A stretch of DNA of 64,000 nt from the human T2T-CHM13v2.0 reference genome, Homo sapiens, in NCBI RefSeq assembly GCF_009914755.1, contig NC_060947.1. One strand, written 5' to 3'. Made by a program: the position numbers and the translations under genes. The notes under the pieces are model-generated. The model searched no databases, had not been told where the DNA came from, and was given only the letters and a program-made list of their open reading frames with translations. This document shows positions 45,907 through 62,114 of the stretch, one piece after another; position 1 is the first letter of the stretch; every line of letters begins with the position of its first letter.

Positions 45907-46585
45907 TACAAAAAACAGTAAAATTTGGTGATTCCATTTAATAGAACCCCTTTTACTATCCACAGGCTAGAGAAACCTGAAGAAATTTGGGTTCCAAAGC
46001 TATTTGTTGTGGGAGTGACAGCCTGATTATACTGGTTTTATTACTTTTTATATAAAAAAGCAAAAAAACAAGTGAGTTCTCCCTTTCATGTTCAATATTC
46101 CATTAGTTGAACATCCTCTACGTGTGTTCATAGAAATATTTTATGTCCTGAGAATAACTTCAGAGGTTGAGAGCATATCTTCCCCAGCGTTTGCTTTAGA
46201 GCTTACTTGAATAATCAGCTCCCTGCTTTCAGAACAAATCTTAGTTTTCATGAACAGCAGTATCATCAGTCATTCATTGATGGATATTTGAATGGAAAAA
46301 GTGCCAGGTGTTTCAACTTCCTCTCCAGCAGGTTTACAATTAAGCTGTTAGTAGTTTGTTGTTGGTTTAAAAAAATTTTTGGTTTGTTTTATGCACAGAA
46401 AAGGAATTCCCATAATCCATCAGATGGAGATGTGCTGCTGGAAATGCTGCTACCTTGTGACCAAAATAAATAAATAAACAAAAATAAAAATAAAAATAAA
46501 AAATTGCTGGGTTACCATCAGCTGTGTCCATTCAGATTTATCAATCATAAATTGAGGTTCCTTGCATTACAAATGTGGGCTATTC

Positions 46586-47659
46586 TTTTTTTTATTATTA
46601 TACTTTAAGTTCTAGGGTACATGTGCACAACGTGCAGGTTTGTTACATAGGTATACATGTGCCATGTTGGTTTGCTGCACCCATTAACTCGTCATTTACA
46701 TTAGGTATTTCTCCTAATGCTATCCCTCCCCCTGCTCCCCAACCCACGACAGGTCCCGGGGTTTGATGTTCCCCGCCCTGTGTCCAAGTGTTCTCATTCT
46801 CGTTGTTCAATTCCCACCTATGAGTGAGAACATGCGGTGTTTGGTTTTCTGTCCTTGTGATAGTTTGCTCAGAATGATGCTTTCCAGCTTTATCCACGTC
46901 CCTGCAAAGGACATGAACTCATCCTTTTTTATGGCTGCATAGTACTTCATGGTGTATATGTGCCACATTTTCTTAATCAGTCTATCATTGATGGACATTT
47001 GGGTTGATTCCAAGTCTTTGCTATCGTGAATAGTGCCATGAAAAACATACGTGTGCATGTGTCTTTATAGTAGCATGATTTATAATCCTTTGGGTATATA
47101 CTCAGTAATGGGATCACTGGGTCAAATGGTATTTCTAGTTCTAGATCCTTGAGGAATCGCCACACTGTCTTCCACAAGGTTGAACTAGTTTACATTCCCA
47201 CCAACAGTGTAAAAGCGTTCCTATTTCTCCACATTCTCTCCAGCATCTGTTGTTTGCTGACTTTTTAATGCTCGCCATTCTAGCTGGCGTGAGATGGTAT
47301 CTCATTGCGGTTTTGATTTGCATTTCTCTGATGACCAGTGATGATGAGCATTTTTTCATGTGTCTGTTGGCTGTATAAATGTCTTCTTTTGAGAAGTGTC
47401 CGTTCATATCCTTTGCCCACTTTTTGATGAGGTTTTTTTCTTCTAAATTTGTTTAAGTTCTTTGTCGATTCTGGATATTAGCCCTTTGTCAGATGTATAG
47501 ATTGCAAAAAATTTCTCCCATTCTGTAGGTTGCCTGTTCACTCTGATGGTAGTTTCTTTTGCCATGCAGAAGCTCTTTAGTTTAATTAGATCCCATTTGT
47601 CAATTTTGGCTTTTGTTGCCATTGCTTTTGGTGTTTTAGTCATGAAGTCCTTGCCCATG
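46586..47659 (-). mobile_element. 5'-truncated L1PA (about L1PA7-like), 1.07 kb
   Basis: tattatactttaagttctagggtacatgtgcacaacgtgcagg; ORF2 peptide [31 protein letters not shown]; TSD aaatgtgggct(a/c)ttcttt at 46571 and 47660. Confidence 0.97.
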
Positions 47660-47684
47660 AAATGTGGGCTCTTCTTTAAAATAG

Positions 47685-47800
47685 GCCATGTTATTAAATG
47701 AAATGATATGCAACACGTACTTAGAACAGTGCTTGTTGCTACACAGCAAGTGCTTGATAAATGTTAGCTATCATCATCATCATTGTCATCATCATCATCC
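47685..47800 (+). mobile_element. MIR 3' fragment plus (ATC)n
   Basis: attaaatgaaatgatatgcaacacgtacttagaacagtgc...aagtgcttgataaatgttagcta. Confidence 0.75.
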
Positions 47801-48659
47801 AGCCCAAGAAGTGCATATTTAAATATACACCCTAAGCTGTTGTCTTTCTATATAGATTATATGTGTGAGCAGAGGGGCAGTGAATTAAAGTGATAAAGAA
47901 TGTGTCCTCACTTAGGTGTGTGCTGGCTTTCTTGCAAATTCCTATGGAAAAGGAGATAAACTAAAGCCTCAGTTTGCTTGGCAAGAGCTTAATTTGTTTA
48001 CGAGAGCATTCGTTAAACCTTTTTCTGTGGAAAATTAGTCCTGCAAGATCACTAAGTGAAAAGTGATGCCTTCCTGAATAAGTTTATAAAGTTCTCCCTG
48101 TACCCCACCTTGGAGGGTCATATGTCCTAGAGTACATTAAGCAAGCTGAGAAGTCCCCCAGAAAAAAAGGCTATTTAATTTTTTAAACTCAATTTGACAA
48201 AGTTCCTTGACTACATAACTCCTTTTTGTTGTAATACTTCTTAATATCCCCAGGCACTGGTGTTTTACATGTAGTGGGATGTCCTATCAGAGATGATTAT
48301 CTTTTTTCCTCTTCTGAGAAAGGAATTGCCAGTCACTCTCCATACAGGCAGAGTGACAAGGGCATCTTGGAACAGGTCTTCAAGAGGTCATCTTAGTTAT
48401 CCAGTGTTCACCAGACAGATGTGCATATGCCTGGAGAGAGGGTAGGCCATTCACCATACATCCATGGAAAGAACTTCCAATCCATTTGTTGAGACTTGGA
48501 GTTAGGAGGAATGATCAAGGTAGAGAGGGCCATTCTTTTCAAGGCCCAATGTCAGGAAAGGACAATAGTATCCATAAAATAGTGTGTCAAAAAAACAGAG
48601 TGTGGTCTGTCTGGTGGGCTGGCTCTGGTACTGAGTAAAGAGGAAGAAAGGGGATGGTG

Positions 48660-49140
<481 letters not shown>

Positions 49141-51039
49141 ACATTGTGGTCTTTGGTTTTCTGAGTCTGTACACAAAAGAACTGCCTGGAAGTGGCTCTA
49201 CTAGGTCTATATTAAGACCTTCAGAAGTAATTGATTGTGAAGTGAGATTGCTGGTCACTAAGAGATGTAATGAGATGCACTGAGGGACTTCTGGTCCTAA
49301 AATGGCAGTATAGAGGCAACCTGGCTTCACTCTCCCACACAGAAAAACAAAAACAGATATAAAACACTGAGATTTTACCAGCAACAATCCAGAGCTCAGG
49401 TATGAGGACAAGACAGTTCCCAGGGCCACCAAGTAGTGGAAAAACTCTAAGTAGTTGGTGGTAAAATCAGACTTTCACATCTGTGATTCCTCCCCACCAC
49501 CCAATTCTGCCAGGCACCAAGTGTGTGGAAAATCTCCCTCCAACTTATGGTTTCTATGCTGGAAAAAGTGAAATTGAGGTGGTGAACTAGCTTCTTCACT
49601 TTCTTGGGTTCCCTGGCAGGAGACCTGTCCTTGCCTTAACCTAAGAGACACATCTTGACTGCCTGAAGGGAGAAATATCATTGAGGACAGGCAGAGCAAG
49701 GAGAGGTGGGGCTACCATCTTCAGCCCTGGAAACTCTGCTCTGTAGCTCAACCAAAGGAGATACCAAATCAGAGTAGCTGTTCAGCAGCACCACACTGCA
49801 GGAAGTACATTCTCCAGGTCCCCTGGGCATGAACCATTAGCCAGACTTCCCATACTGCTGGGATAATCCCTTTGGGACTTCCCCATTTGGGACAGGCAGT
49901 GCTCCAATCATTTACTAGAGCTGAGGTGAACCTGGGGTTAAGGTGCCACCTAGAACTGAAAAGAAGGCAGTGGCCTAGTGGCAAAGATTTGCTAAGCAAA
50001 CATATTCAAAAGGAAAACAAAACAAGCCAGAAAAAGAAAACTGGAATAAATAAACAATCATTCAATGCCAAGACATAAATGTATACCCACAAAAAACAAT
50101 AGCAAACAGGGAATCATGACCTCCCCAAGGGACAAAGCAAAACTCCAATGACTGACCCTAATAGGATGGCAATTTGTGAGCTCTCTGAACAAGGATTCAA
50201 AATAGCAGTTTTAAGGAAACTCATAGTGAGCTCCAAGGTAACACATAAAAACAATTCAGAAATTTAGCAGAGAAATTTAACAGAGATTGAAATTTTAAAA
50301 AAATCAAACAAAAATCTTGGAAATGAGAAATGTATTTGCTGAACTGAAGAACTCTTTAGAGGCTCTAGACAGCAGAACAAGCCAATCAGAGGAAATAATT
50401 AGTGAGCTCAAAGAAAGGCTATTTGAAAGTGCACCATCAGAAGAGAAAAAAGAAAAGAGAATGAAAAGGAATGAAGACTACCTATAAAATATAGAGAATT
50501 ATCTCAAAACACCAAATCTAAAAATTATTGGTGTTCAAGAGAAAGCAGAGCAAGAGGAAAGTGTAGAAAGCTTATTCAAATAATAACAGAAAACTTTCCA
50601 AAACTTGAGAAAGATATAAATATCTCGGTACAGGAAAGTCTTAGACCACTAAGCAGATTTAACCCAAATAAGACTGCCCCAAGGCAGATAATAATCAAAC
50701 TCTCAAAGGTCAAGGACAAGGAGAAGATCCTAAAAACAGCAAGAGAAAAGAAATAACATATAATGGAGCTCCAATTTTTCTGGCATCATACTTCTCAGTG
50801 GAAACCATATAGACAAGGAGAGAGTGGAATGACATTTTTGAAGTGCTCAAAGAAAAGAACCTGCCATCCAAGAATATTGTATCCAGCAAAATTATTCAAA
50901 TATGAAGAGAGATAAAGTCTTTCCTAGAAAAACAAAAGCTGAGAGAATTCACCACCAACAGATCCATCTTGCAAGAAATGCTAAAAGCACTTCTTCAATC
51001 TGAAAGAAAAACCACTGATGTGCAAAAGAAAACATTTCA

Positions 51040-51431
<392 letters not shown>

Positions 51432-52923
51432 TCACTCATAACCCTAGTATGAAGCCCAAAAGACAAATGTATCAAAAACAATAATAGCCACAGCAACCTA
51501 TTAAGAGATAGGTAACACAAAAATATGTAAGTTGAGACAACTAAAAGTCAAAATGGGGGGAAATTGAGTTAAACTGCAGAATTTCTTTGTATTTTTTTGC
51601 CTTTGTTTCTATTATTTGTGATCTAAGATAAGTTGTCATCTCTTTAAAATAATTTATTATGTTTATAAGATGTTTTTTGTAAGCCTCTTGGTAACCACAG
51701 CACAAACATCTGTAATAGATTCACTAAAAATAAAATGCAACATATTAAAACATACTAACAGATAATCAGCCACAAAGGAAGACAGGAAGAAAGGAGGAAA
51801 GGAAGAGAGGAGTCTCAAAACAACCAGAAAACAAGCAACAAAATGGCAGTAGTAAGTCTTTCCTTATAATAATAACACTGAATATAAATTGTCTTAATTC
51901 TCCAATTTAAAAAACGTAGAGTTACTGAATAAAGAAGTAAGACCCAACTCTATGCTGCCTTTGAGAAAGCCACTTCATTGATAAAGAACATATGCCGAGA
52001 GTGAAGGGGTCAAAAAAAATATTCCATGCAACTGGAAACCACAAAAGAGCAGGAGTAGCTATACTTACATCAAATCAAATCAAAGACTGTAAAAAAAAAA
52101 AAAACTACAAAGAAGGTCCCTATATAATGATAAAGAGGTCAATTCAGCAAGAGGATAGAACAATTATAAATATCTATGCACTCAACACTGGAGCTCCCAA
52201 GTATATAAAGCAAACATTGATAGATCTAAAGGGAGAGATAGGTTGTAATATAATAATAGTAGGGGACTTTAATATCCAACTCTCAGTAATGGACAGATCA
52301 GACAGAAAATGGACAAAAAAATAGCAGAGTTAAACTACATACTAGATCTAGTAGCCTAACTGATATTTCACATTCTTTTCATCAGCCTGTGAAACATTCT
52401 CTAGAATAGGCCATATCTTAGGCTTCAAAAACAAGTATGAACAACTTATAAAAAATAAAAGTCATATAAAAGTCATATATCTTTTCTGACCACAATGGAT
52501 TAAAACTAGAAATCAATAACAAGAGGAGCCTTGGAAAATACACAATGCATGGAAATTAAACAACATACTCCTGAGTGATCAATTGGTCAAGGAGGAAGTT
52601 TAAATTTAATTTTTAAGAAAAGAAATTTAAAAATTTCTTGAAACAAATGAAAATGGAAATACGACATACCCACATACCCAAATCAGTGGGATATGGCAAA
52701 AGCACTGCTAAAAGGGAAGTGTATCGCAATAAGAACCTATATAAAATAGTGGAACGACTTCAAATAAATAACCTAACAATGCATCTCAAGGAACTAGAAA
52801 AGAAGAACAAAACCAAACCCAAAATTAGTGGAAAGAAAGAACGAATAAATATCAGAGCAGAAATAAATGAAATTGAGGCTAAAAAAATAATACAGAAGAT
52901 CACTGAAATGAAATGTTGGTTTA

Positions 52924-53370
<447 letters not shown>

Positions 53371-54043
53371 TCAGCATTACCATATCAAAACCAGACAAGG
53401 GCACAACAAAAAAAGAAAACTACAGGCCAATACCACTAATAAACATAGATGCAAAAATCCTCAACACAAATACTAGCAAACTGAATTCAACAACACATTA
53501 AAAAGATCACTTACCATAATCAAGTGGGATTCATCCAGGGATGCAAGGATGGTTCAACATATGCAAATCAATAAATGTGATCAATGAATGTGATACAGAG
53601 TCGAGAATAAAAACCATAGATGCCGAGAAAGTATTTGATAAAATTAAACATCCCTTTATGATAAAAACCCTCATCAAAATGGGTATAGAAGGAATGTATC
53701 TCAAAATAATAAAGGCCATATATGACAAACCCATAGCTAACATCATACTGAATGGTGAAAAATCAAAGGCCTTTTCTTTCGAGGACTGGAACAAAAACAA
53801 GGATGCTCACTTTCACCATTATTATTGAACATAATACTGGAAGTTCTAGCCAGAACAATTAGGGAAGAAAAAAAAAAGTGATCCAAATTGGAAAGGAAGA
53901 AGTCAAATAACCGTTGTTCACAGATGACATGATCTTTTACCTAGGAAAACCTGAAAACTCCACAAAAAAAACTGTTCAAACTGATAAATGAATTCAGTAA
54001 ATTTGCCGGATACAAAGTCAACATACAAAAATCAGTAGCATTT

Positions 54044-54391
<348 letters not shown>

Positions 54392-56204
54392 TAGCATTTG
54401 ATATGCCAACAGTGAATAATCTGAAAAAGAAATCAAGAAAGCAATCCTATTTACAACAGCTACAAAAATATAAAATACCTAGGAATCAATCTGACCAAAG
54501 AAGTGAAAGATCTATACAAGGAACTATAAAGTTCTGATGAAAAAAAAAATAGAAGAAGACACAAACAAATGGAAAGCTATTTCATGCTCATGGAATAGAG
54601 AATTAGTATTGTTTAAATGACAATACTACCCAAAGAAATGTACAGATTCAATGCAATCCCTATCAAAACACCAATGACATTCCTCACAGTAATAGAAAAA
54701 AAAATCCTAAAATTTATGTGAAACCACAAAAGATCGCAAATAATCAAAGCAATGCTGAGCAAAAAGAAAGCTGGAGGCACCATACTACCTGACTTTAATG
54801 TTTACTACAAAGCTACACTAACCAAAACCGCATGGTACTGGCATAAAAACAGACACATAGACCAATGGAACAAAATGGAGAACCTTGATGTAAACCCATA
54901 CATTTACAAGCAACTCATCTTCAACACAGGCACCACAAACATACAAGGGGGAAAGGACAGTCTTTTCGGTAAATAGTGCTGGGAAAACTGGATAACTATA
55001 TGCAGAAGAATAAAACTAGATCCCTCTCTTACATCATACACAAAAATAAAATCAAAATGGATTAAAGACCTAAATCTAAGACCTGCTAAATTCAACTACT
55101 AGAAGAAAACATTGGGGGAAACGCTCTAGGACATTGGTCTGGGCAAAGATTTTTTGTGTAAGACCTCAAAAGCACGGGTGACCAAAGCAAAATTAGGCAA
55201 TTGGGATTACCTCAAGCTAAAAAGCTTTGCAAAGCAAAGGAAACAATCAACAAAGTGAAGAGACAGACCACAGAATGGGAGAAAATATTTGCAAGCTATC
55301 CATTTGACAAGGGATTAATTATCAGAATATATAAGGAGCTCAACTCAATAGGAAAAAAACGAATAATTTGATATAAAAATGGGCAAAAGATCCGAACAAA
55401 TATTTCTCAAAAGAAAACATACAAATGGCCAACAGGTATATGAAAAAATTCTCAACATCACCAATCATCAGACAAATACAAATCAAAACTACAATGAGAT
55501 ACCATCTCACCCTAGTTAAAATGGCTTTTATGAAAAAGACAAGCAATAACAGATGCTGGCAAGGATATGGAGAAGGGGAACTCTTGAACACTGTTGGTGG
55601 GAATGCAAATTAGTACAGCCACTATGGAGAACAGTATGGAGGTTCTTCAAAAAACTGAAAATAGAACTACCATATGATCTAGCAATTCCACTACTAGGTA
55701 TATATCCAAAAGAAGGGAAATCAGTATATCAAAGATGTCTGCACTCTCATGTTTATCGCAGCACTCTTCACAATAGCCAAAACATGGAATCAACCTAAGT
55801 GCCCATCAATGGATGAATAGATAAAGAAAATGTGGTATATATACACTATGGGATATTATTCAGCCATAAAAATAATGAAATCCTGTCATTTGCTGCAACA
55901 TGGATGCAACTGGAGGCCATTATGTTAAGTTAAATAAGCCAAGCACAGAAAGACAAATACCACATATTCTCACTTATATGTGGGAGCTAAAGAAAATGGA
56001 TCTCATGAAGATAGAGAATAGATTTGTGGTTACAAGAGGCCAGGAAGGGCAGGGAGGGGGGATGAAGGGGACAAAAAAGAATATAAGTGTATTTATTACC
56101 ACTGAACTAGACACTTAAAAATGGTAAAGATACTAAATTATATATGTATATTTTGCTTAAATAAAAAATGCATTGAAATCAATTTCTTGCAGCAGCAACC
56201 CAAT

Positions 56205-56666
56205 GTTTTAAATTTTTATTGCTGCTATAACAAGTTATCACAATCTTAGTGGCTTAAAACAACATAAATTTATTATCCTATATTTCTGCAGTTCAGAAGT
56301 TTGAAATAGGTCTCTGGCTAAAATGAAGGTTTTGGCAGGGCTGACTTTAGGTGAGAATCCATTTCCTTGCCTTTCGCAGCTTCTACAGACCACTTTTTTT
56401 CTTAGCTCGAGGTTCCTTTCCTCCATCTTGAAAGCCGGTAATGTTGCATTTCTCTGTGTCTGTACTCACATCTCCCCATGACTCTATTATTTTTTCACTT
56501 TTAAGGACATTGGGCCCACCTGGACAATCCAAGATAGCCTCCCTATCTGCTGATTAGCAATCTTAATTTAATCTGCAGTAGTAATTTTCCCTTTCCATGT
56601 AACCTAACATGTTCACAGGTTCCAAGGATTAAGACATCTCTGGGGACCATTATTCTGCCTACCATA
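56205..56666 (-). mobile_element. MLT1B/C-type MaLR LTR
   Basis: gctgctataacaagttatcacaatcttagtggcttaaaacaac...ggggaccattattctgcctacca. Confidence 0.85.
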
Positions 56667-56929
56667 CTCAGAGATAACCGAGACAAACTGGACCTTGACT
56701 TTAAAACAGATTATTGGAGTATAACATATAAAATGTGCTCAAATCTTAACTGTACAGCTTGATGAATTTTCCCATACATATATAACTATTTAATTTGTAA
56801 ATGTACACCTGTGTAACCACAACTCATACCAAGGAATGAAATATATCCAGTACTTCAGGAGGCTTTTATGTGCTCCCACTCAGCCACTATCCATCCCCCA
56901 GCGGTAACTACTATTCTGTCTTCTATCAC

Positions 56930-57408
56930 TGTATCAGTTACCTATTAGAAAGCATTCCAAAACTTGGTGGCTTAAAATAACAACCATTTTTTTTGGCTTC
57001 TAATTCTGTGGGTCAGAATTATAGGCTTGGCTCAGCTGGGCAATTCATCTGCTGGTCTCACCTGAGGCCACTTAGGTGATTGCAGTCATTTGGCAGCTTG
57101 ACTAGGGCTGGATGGTCTAATATGGTGTTATGCATATGACTATGGTTGGTGCTGGCTATCAGCTGGGCCTCTCTCCCTCCATTTGTATGCTTAATCCTCC
57201 AAGAGGGTAGAGTGGGCTGCTTTACATGACGATCTCAGGGCAGCAAGAGGGCAAGAGCAGAAGAATGCTCAGAAGTTGTACAATGTCATCCCTGCTGAAT
57301 TCTACTGGTCAAGTCACAAGGCCATTTCAGATTCTAGGGGTAGGGAATAAACTCGCTTGATGGCAGGAGCTGCAGAAAAGCTTGTGGTTATTTAAAAAAA
57401 TCCACCTC
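56930..57408 (-). mobile_element. MLT1F/H-type MaLR LTR
   Basis: tgtatcagttacctatt...aaacttggtggcttaaaataacaacc...ggctcagctgggcaattc. Confidence 0.78.
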
Positions 57409-57414
57409 AGTTAC

Positions 57415-57767
57415 TGCTGTGGCTTGATGGGTGCCCCCAAAAGCATGTGTTGGAAACTGAATCCCCAATGCAACATTATTAGGAGGTAGGGCTTAATGGG
57501 AGGTGTTTAAGTCATGAGGGCTTCACCTTCATGAATGGATTAATGCCAATTATAAAAGGGGTTGAGGCTGAGAGTTTGACCTCTTGCTCTCTTTTGTCAT
57601 GTGATGCCTTCTGCCATGTTATGATGTAGCAAAAAGGCCCTCATCAGAAGCTGGCACCTTGATTATTGACTTCCCAGCCTCTGGAACTGTAAAAAATCAA
57701 TTTTCGTTCTTTACAAATTACCCAGTCTCACGTATTCTGTTATAGCAGCCCAAAATAGACTAAGATA
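57415..57767 (+). mobile_element. MSTC/D-type MaLR LTR
   Basis: cccccaaaagcatgtgttggaaactgaatccccaatgcaac...ttacccagtctcacgtattctgttatagcagc...gactaaga. Confidence 0.85.
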
Positions 57768-57774
57768 ATTACCA

Positions 57775-58800
57775 TATGTGTTTCCTGTTCTTGAATGTCA
57801 TATAAATGGAGCATACTGAAAGTACTGTTAGGTCTAGCTTCTTTTGCTCAACATTATGTGAGATTCAACCATACTTTTGTATGTGACGGTAGTTCTTTTT
57901 TTAAATTGCTGCTTGTCATATTCAATTGTATGACTATACCACTATTTATCCATTCTACCATTGATAAATATTTGACTTGTTTCCTGTTTGTGGCTATTAT
58001 AAATAATTCTGCTATTAATATTCTTGTGCATGTCTTTTGAAGGGTATATGTACTCAGTTATCTTGGGTATGTATCTAGAAATAGAATTGCTAAGTCAGAG
58101 GGCAGGTTAATAAGCTTCAGAAGATATTCTCAAGTAGTTTTCTTAAGTGGTTGTACTATTGTACAGACCTGTCAGCAATGTATGAGAGTTTTGTTTGTCC
58201 CATATCCTTGCTATCACTTGATACTGTCAGCCTTTTAAATTTCAGCCATTTTGATAGATGTTTAATGGTATCTCATTGTTTTCACTTGCATTTCCCTGGT
58301 GACTAATGATGTTGAACACATTTTCACATGTTTAATGGCCATTTGGCTATGTTTTGTGATGTGCTTATTCAAGTGGTTGTGTGAAATGCCAGTTAAAAAA
58401 CTGAGTTACTTGTCTTTTTCTTGATTTGTAGCAGTGTTTTTTCTAGAGTCTACATATGAGTCTGTAATTGTATATATGTATTACAAGTGGCTTGTCTTTT
58501 CCTTCTCTTAATTGTGTCTTTTGCTGAAAAGAAGTTCTTAATTTGAACAAAGTCCAATTTATCAATATTTTCTTCTATGATAACAACTTTTTGCATTCTG
58601 TTTTGAAATCTTTATTCCAGTGGACCTTGATTTTAAGAGTTTTATAGCTATAACTATTATGTTTAAGTCTTTGGTCCATTTTAAATTTAGTTTTTTTATA
58701 TGGTATGAAGTAGGGGGTCCAAATTTATTCTCTGGTATGTGGTGTTTCAGCAGCATTTGTTGAAAAAACTGTTTTTCCCTATTGAATTGCCTTGGAACAA
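57775..58800 (-). mobile_element. L1ME-type 3' region (its extreme 3' end lies at about 56700-56930)
   Basis: Reverse ORF2 C-terminal motifs (gcatttccctggtgactaatgatgttgaaca; cagcatttgttgaaaaaac). Confidence 0.8.
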
Positions 58801-59899
58801 GACAAGTCCTTTTCTGTCCCTTTAGTGGGAGTTTCTATTTCAAGGACACCAACTATCTTTGTCTTGGATCATCATTGTCCTACATATGTGTTATTTTCTA
58901 ATTACTTTAATCTCATTGACATTATTTTTTTGAATTTACTGTAATTATCTCAAGTTTTACTTTATGCCATAATTTGATTTTCAGTAATATCTATTCTGGT
59001 TTCTTGTTATTTTTGATCTATTTAATAGATCTGTTAAGGTGCCTTTTTTTTTCTTTTTTTTTTCTTCTGTAATCTCCCCTTTCTGCTTTTTCTGTTGTTA
59101 TATTATTTGTCTTTGAGCCCTTGGTTTATTAAATTAATATTCTTGTTAAGTTCTTTTATAGCACAACAATCCTGTGGGGAATATACCTCTATTCTTTGAA
59201 TTATGTTATTTTTATCATCTGGATTCTTTTTCCATGATATTTGTTTTCATTTTTGCAGAGTTAACTTGGTTATGCCTAATGTGAAAAGCTTCACTTAGCT
59301 CTTCTATTTGCTCTGACAGAGTTTAGGTACATTCTCCTTGGCAACCTTCCCACCTTATCTGGGATAATTTTGTTTCTCCCTAGGAGTTAGAATTTGGAAA
59401 CCGAGTGCTGCTTTCAATTTGCCTTTAGGCCTTCTGGTTTCTGGTAATGGTGAATAAGTTTATTCAGATCAATTCTCCCACTGAAAACAACAAAAAATTT
59501 TGGATACAGTATTAATGATGGCTTCTCAAAAGCACTGAAGATTGACAATATAGTAAGAAGTTACCATGTCAAAAATGAAGAAAAGGTGGTAAAGAGCAAG
59601 GAAACTCACCATTATTAACATACAATATAGACATTAAGGTAAAATCATTACTAGAGGTAAAATTATTACTATGTTTGAAATTTTTATACAAATAAATGTT
59701 TTGATTTGCCAGAAAGACATAACAATTAAAAATTTTTATGTTCCTAATAACATAACTTCAAAGTATAAAAGCAAACATTGAGAGTGCAAGGAGAATTAAA
59801 CAAACCCACAGTCATAATGGTAGATTTCAGTATACTTCCTTCAGTAATTGACAATACAGGCAAAAAAGATTCTCTCTCTGAACAACATAATGAGTACAT

Positions 59900-60745
59900 T
59901 TTTTAAAATAAATCTTTTATTTTGGAATAGCTAAATATAGAGAAAAATTGCAAAGTAGTACAAGGAGGTCCCATATTCTCTTCACCCCGCTTCCCCTGAT
60001 TTGAACATCTTAAGTAACCACAGTATATTTGTAAAAACTAAGAAACTAACTAATGTACAGACTTTATTAAAATTTCACTAGATTTTCTACTAGTGTCTTT
60101 TTTTCTTTTCCAGTAACCAATCCAGGATATCACATTTCATTTGGCTGTCATGTCTCCTTTTCTTCTCTGATCTGTCACAGTTTCTCAGTCTTTCTTTGTT
60201 TTTCATGATCTTGCCAATTTCAAATGGTCAGGTATTTTGTAGAATGTCTCCCAATGTGGGTTTGATGTGATGTTTTCTCATGATTAGTGTAGGGTTATGA
60301 GTTATTGGTAAGAATACCATAAAGGTGAAGTACCCATCTCATCACATCATCCATAGAAGTGAAGTACCCATCTCATCGCATCATATCAGGGGGTACATTA
60401 TTTCAATATGACTTCTCACTGGTGATGTTAACTCTGATCACTTGGTTAGGGTGGTGTCTGCCAGGTTTCTCTACTGTGAAGTTACTATTTTTCCCTTTCC
60501 ATACTCTATTCTTTGGAATTGTGTCATTGATCTCAGCCCATATTCAAGGAATGGACAGTTACGCTCCCCTTACTTTAGGGTGGAGTATCTACATAATTTA
60601 TTTTGAATTCTTTTGCATAGGAGATGTGTACATTTCCCCCATCTATATATTTATTCTATCATTTATTTATATCAGTATAAACTCTTATTTTATTCTTTGT
60701 GTTATAATCCAATATTATAGTTATTAATTTTGTTGCTCAAATTGT
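59900..60745 (-). mobile_element. L1MC-type 3'UTR inserted in a plus-strand L1M ORF2 relic (about 59620-62400)
   Basis: tttattttggaatag...agaaaaattgcaaag...ctgccaggtttctctactgtgaagttactatttttccc...ttttgttgctcaaattgt. Confidence 0.78.
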
Positions 60746-61544
60746 ACAATGAACAAATTTGACTTCATAAAAACGATATAGATTACTATGCCAAAAGCAT
60801 CAGAATTAAATAGTTTTCAAGCACACATAAAACATTTATCAAATATGACCACGAACTGGGCCATGACAGTCATAATGCATTTCAAATAATTGAAATCATG
60901 TGTGTGTTTTCCAACTTCAGTGCATTAAAATAGATATCAATAATAAAAACTAGAAAATCCCCATAATTTTGACAGTAAGAAATAGATTTCAAAATAACTC
61001 TTGTATCATAATGGAAATTAGGAGATATTTTGAACTACGTGACAATGGACATATTACATATTAAAACTTGTGGTATGCAGTAAAGTACTACCTGAAGGGA
61101 AAGCTACAGCCTTAAATATCTATATTAAAAAGAAGAATGGTTCGAATTTAATGAACAAAGTTCATGACGTTAAAAAAGAAAAAACCCAAAGATCATAGAA
61201 AGAAGAAAACAAAAAAGGTAATGTAAAAGACAAAATGCACCAGATAATTAAGAAGATGACTTAAATCAGGCTATTGAAATCCAGTGAATGTACCTTAGTG
61301 AGGAATGTCTCAAACAAAAGGAAGGGAGCCTGGAGGTTTTAATAGAGGCAGATAAACAAGGAAATTGGAAGTAAGTCTTATGGGACATGAGGAGGATAGA
61401 GATGGGTCTTTTCTGCATTGCGGAAGAGTGCAGGTGGGTGTTTTCTTGGGTTATATGACAGCATGGTGGTCCTTTACAAGTTAGCCAGAGCACAGAAGGG
61501 TGGGAGTACATGGCTCACATAATGTTCAACATTGTCAGTAAGAA

Positions 61545-62114
<570 letters not shown>

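Noticed and set aside
46440-46520. A-rich run (aaaata)n as a retroposon tail
   Set aside because: No identifiable upstream body, and only a poor TSD-like match (aaatgctg / aaattgctg).
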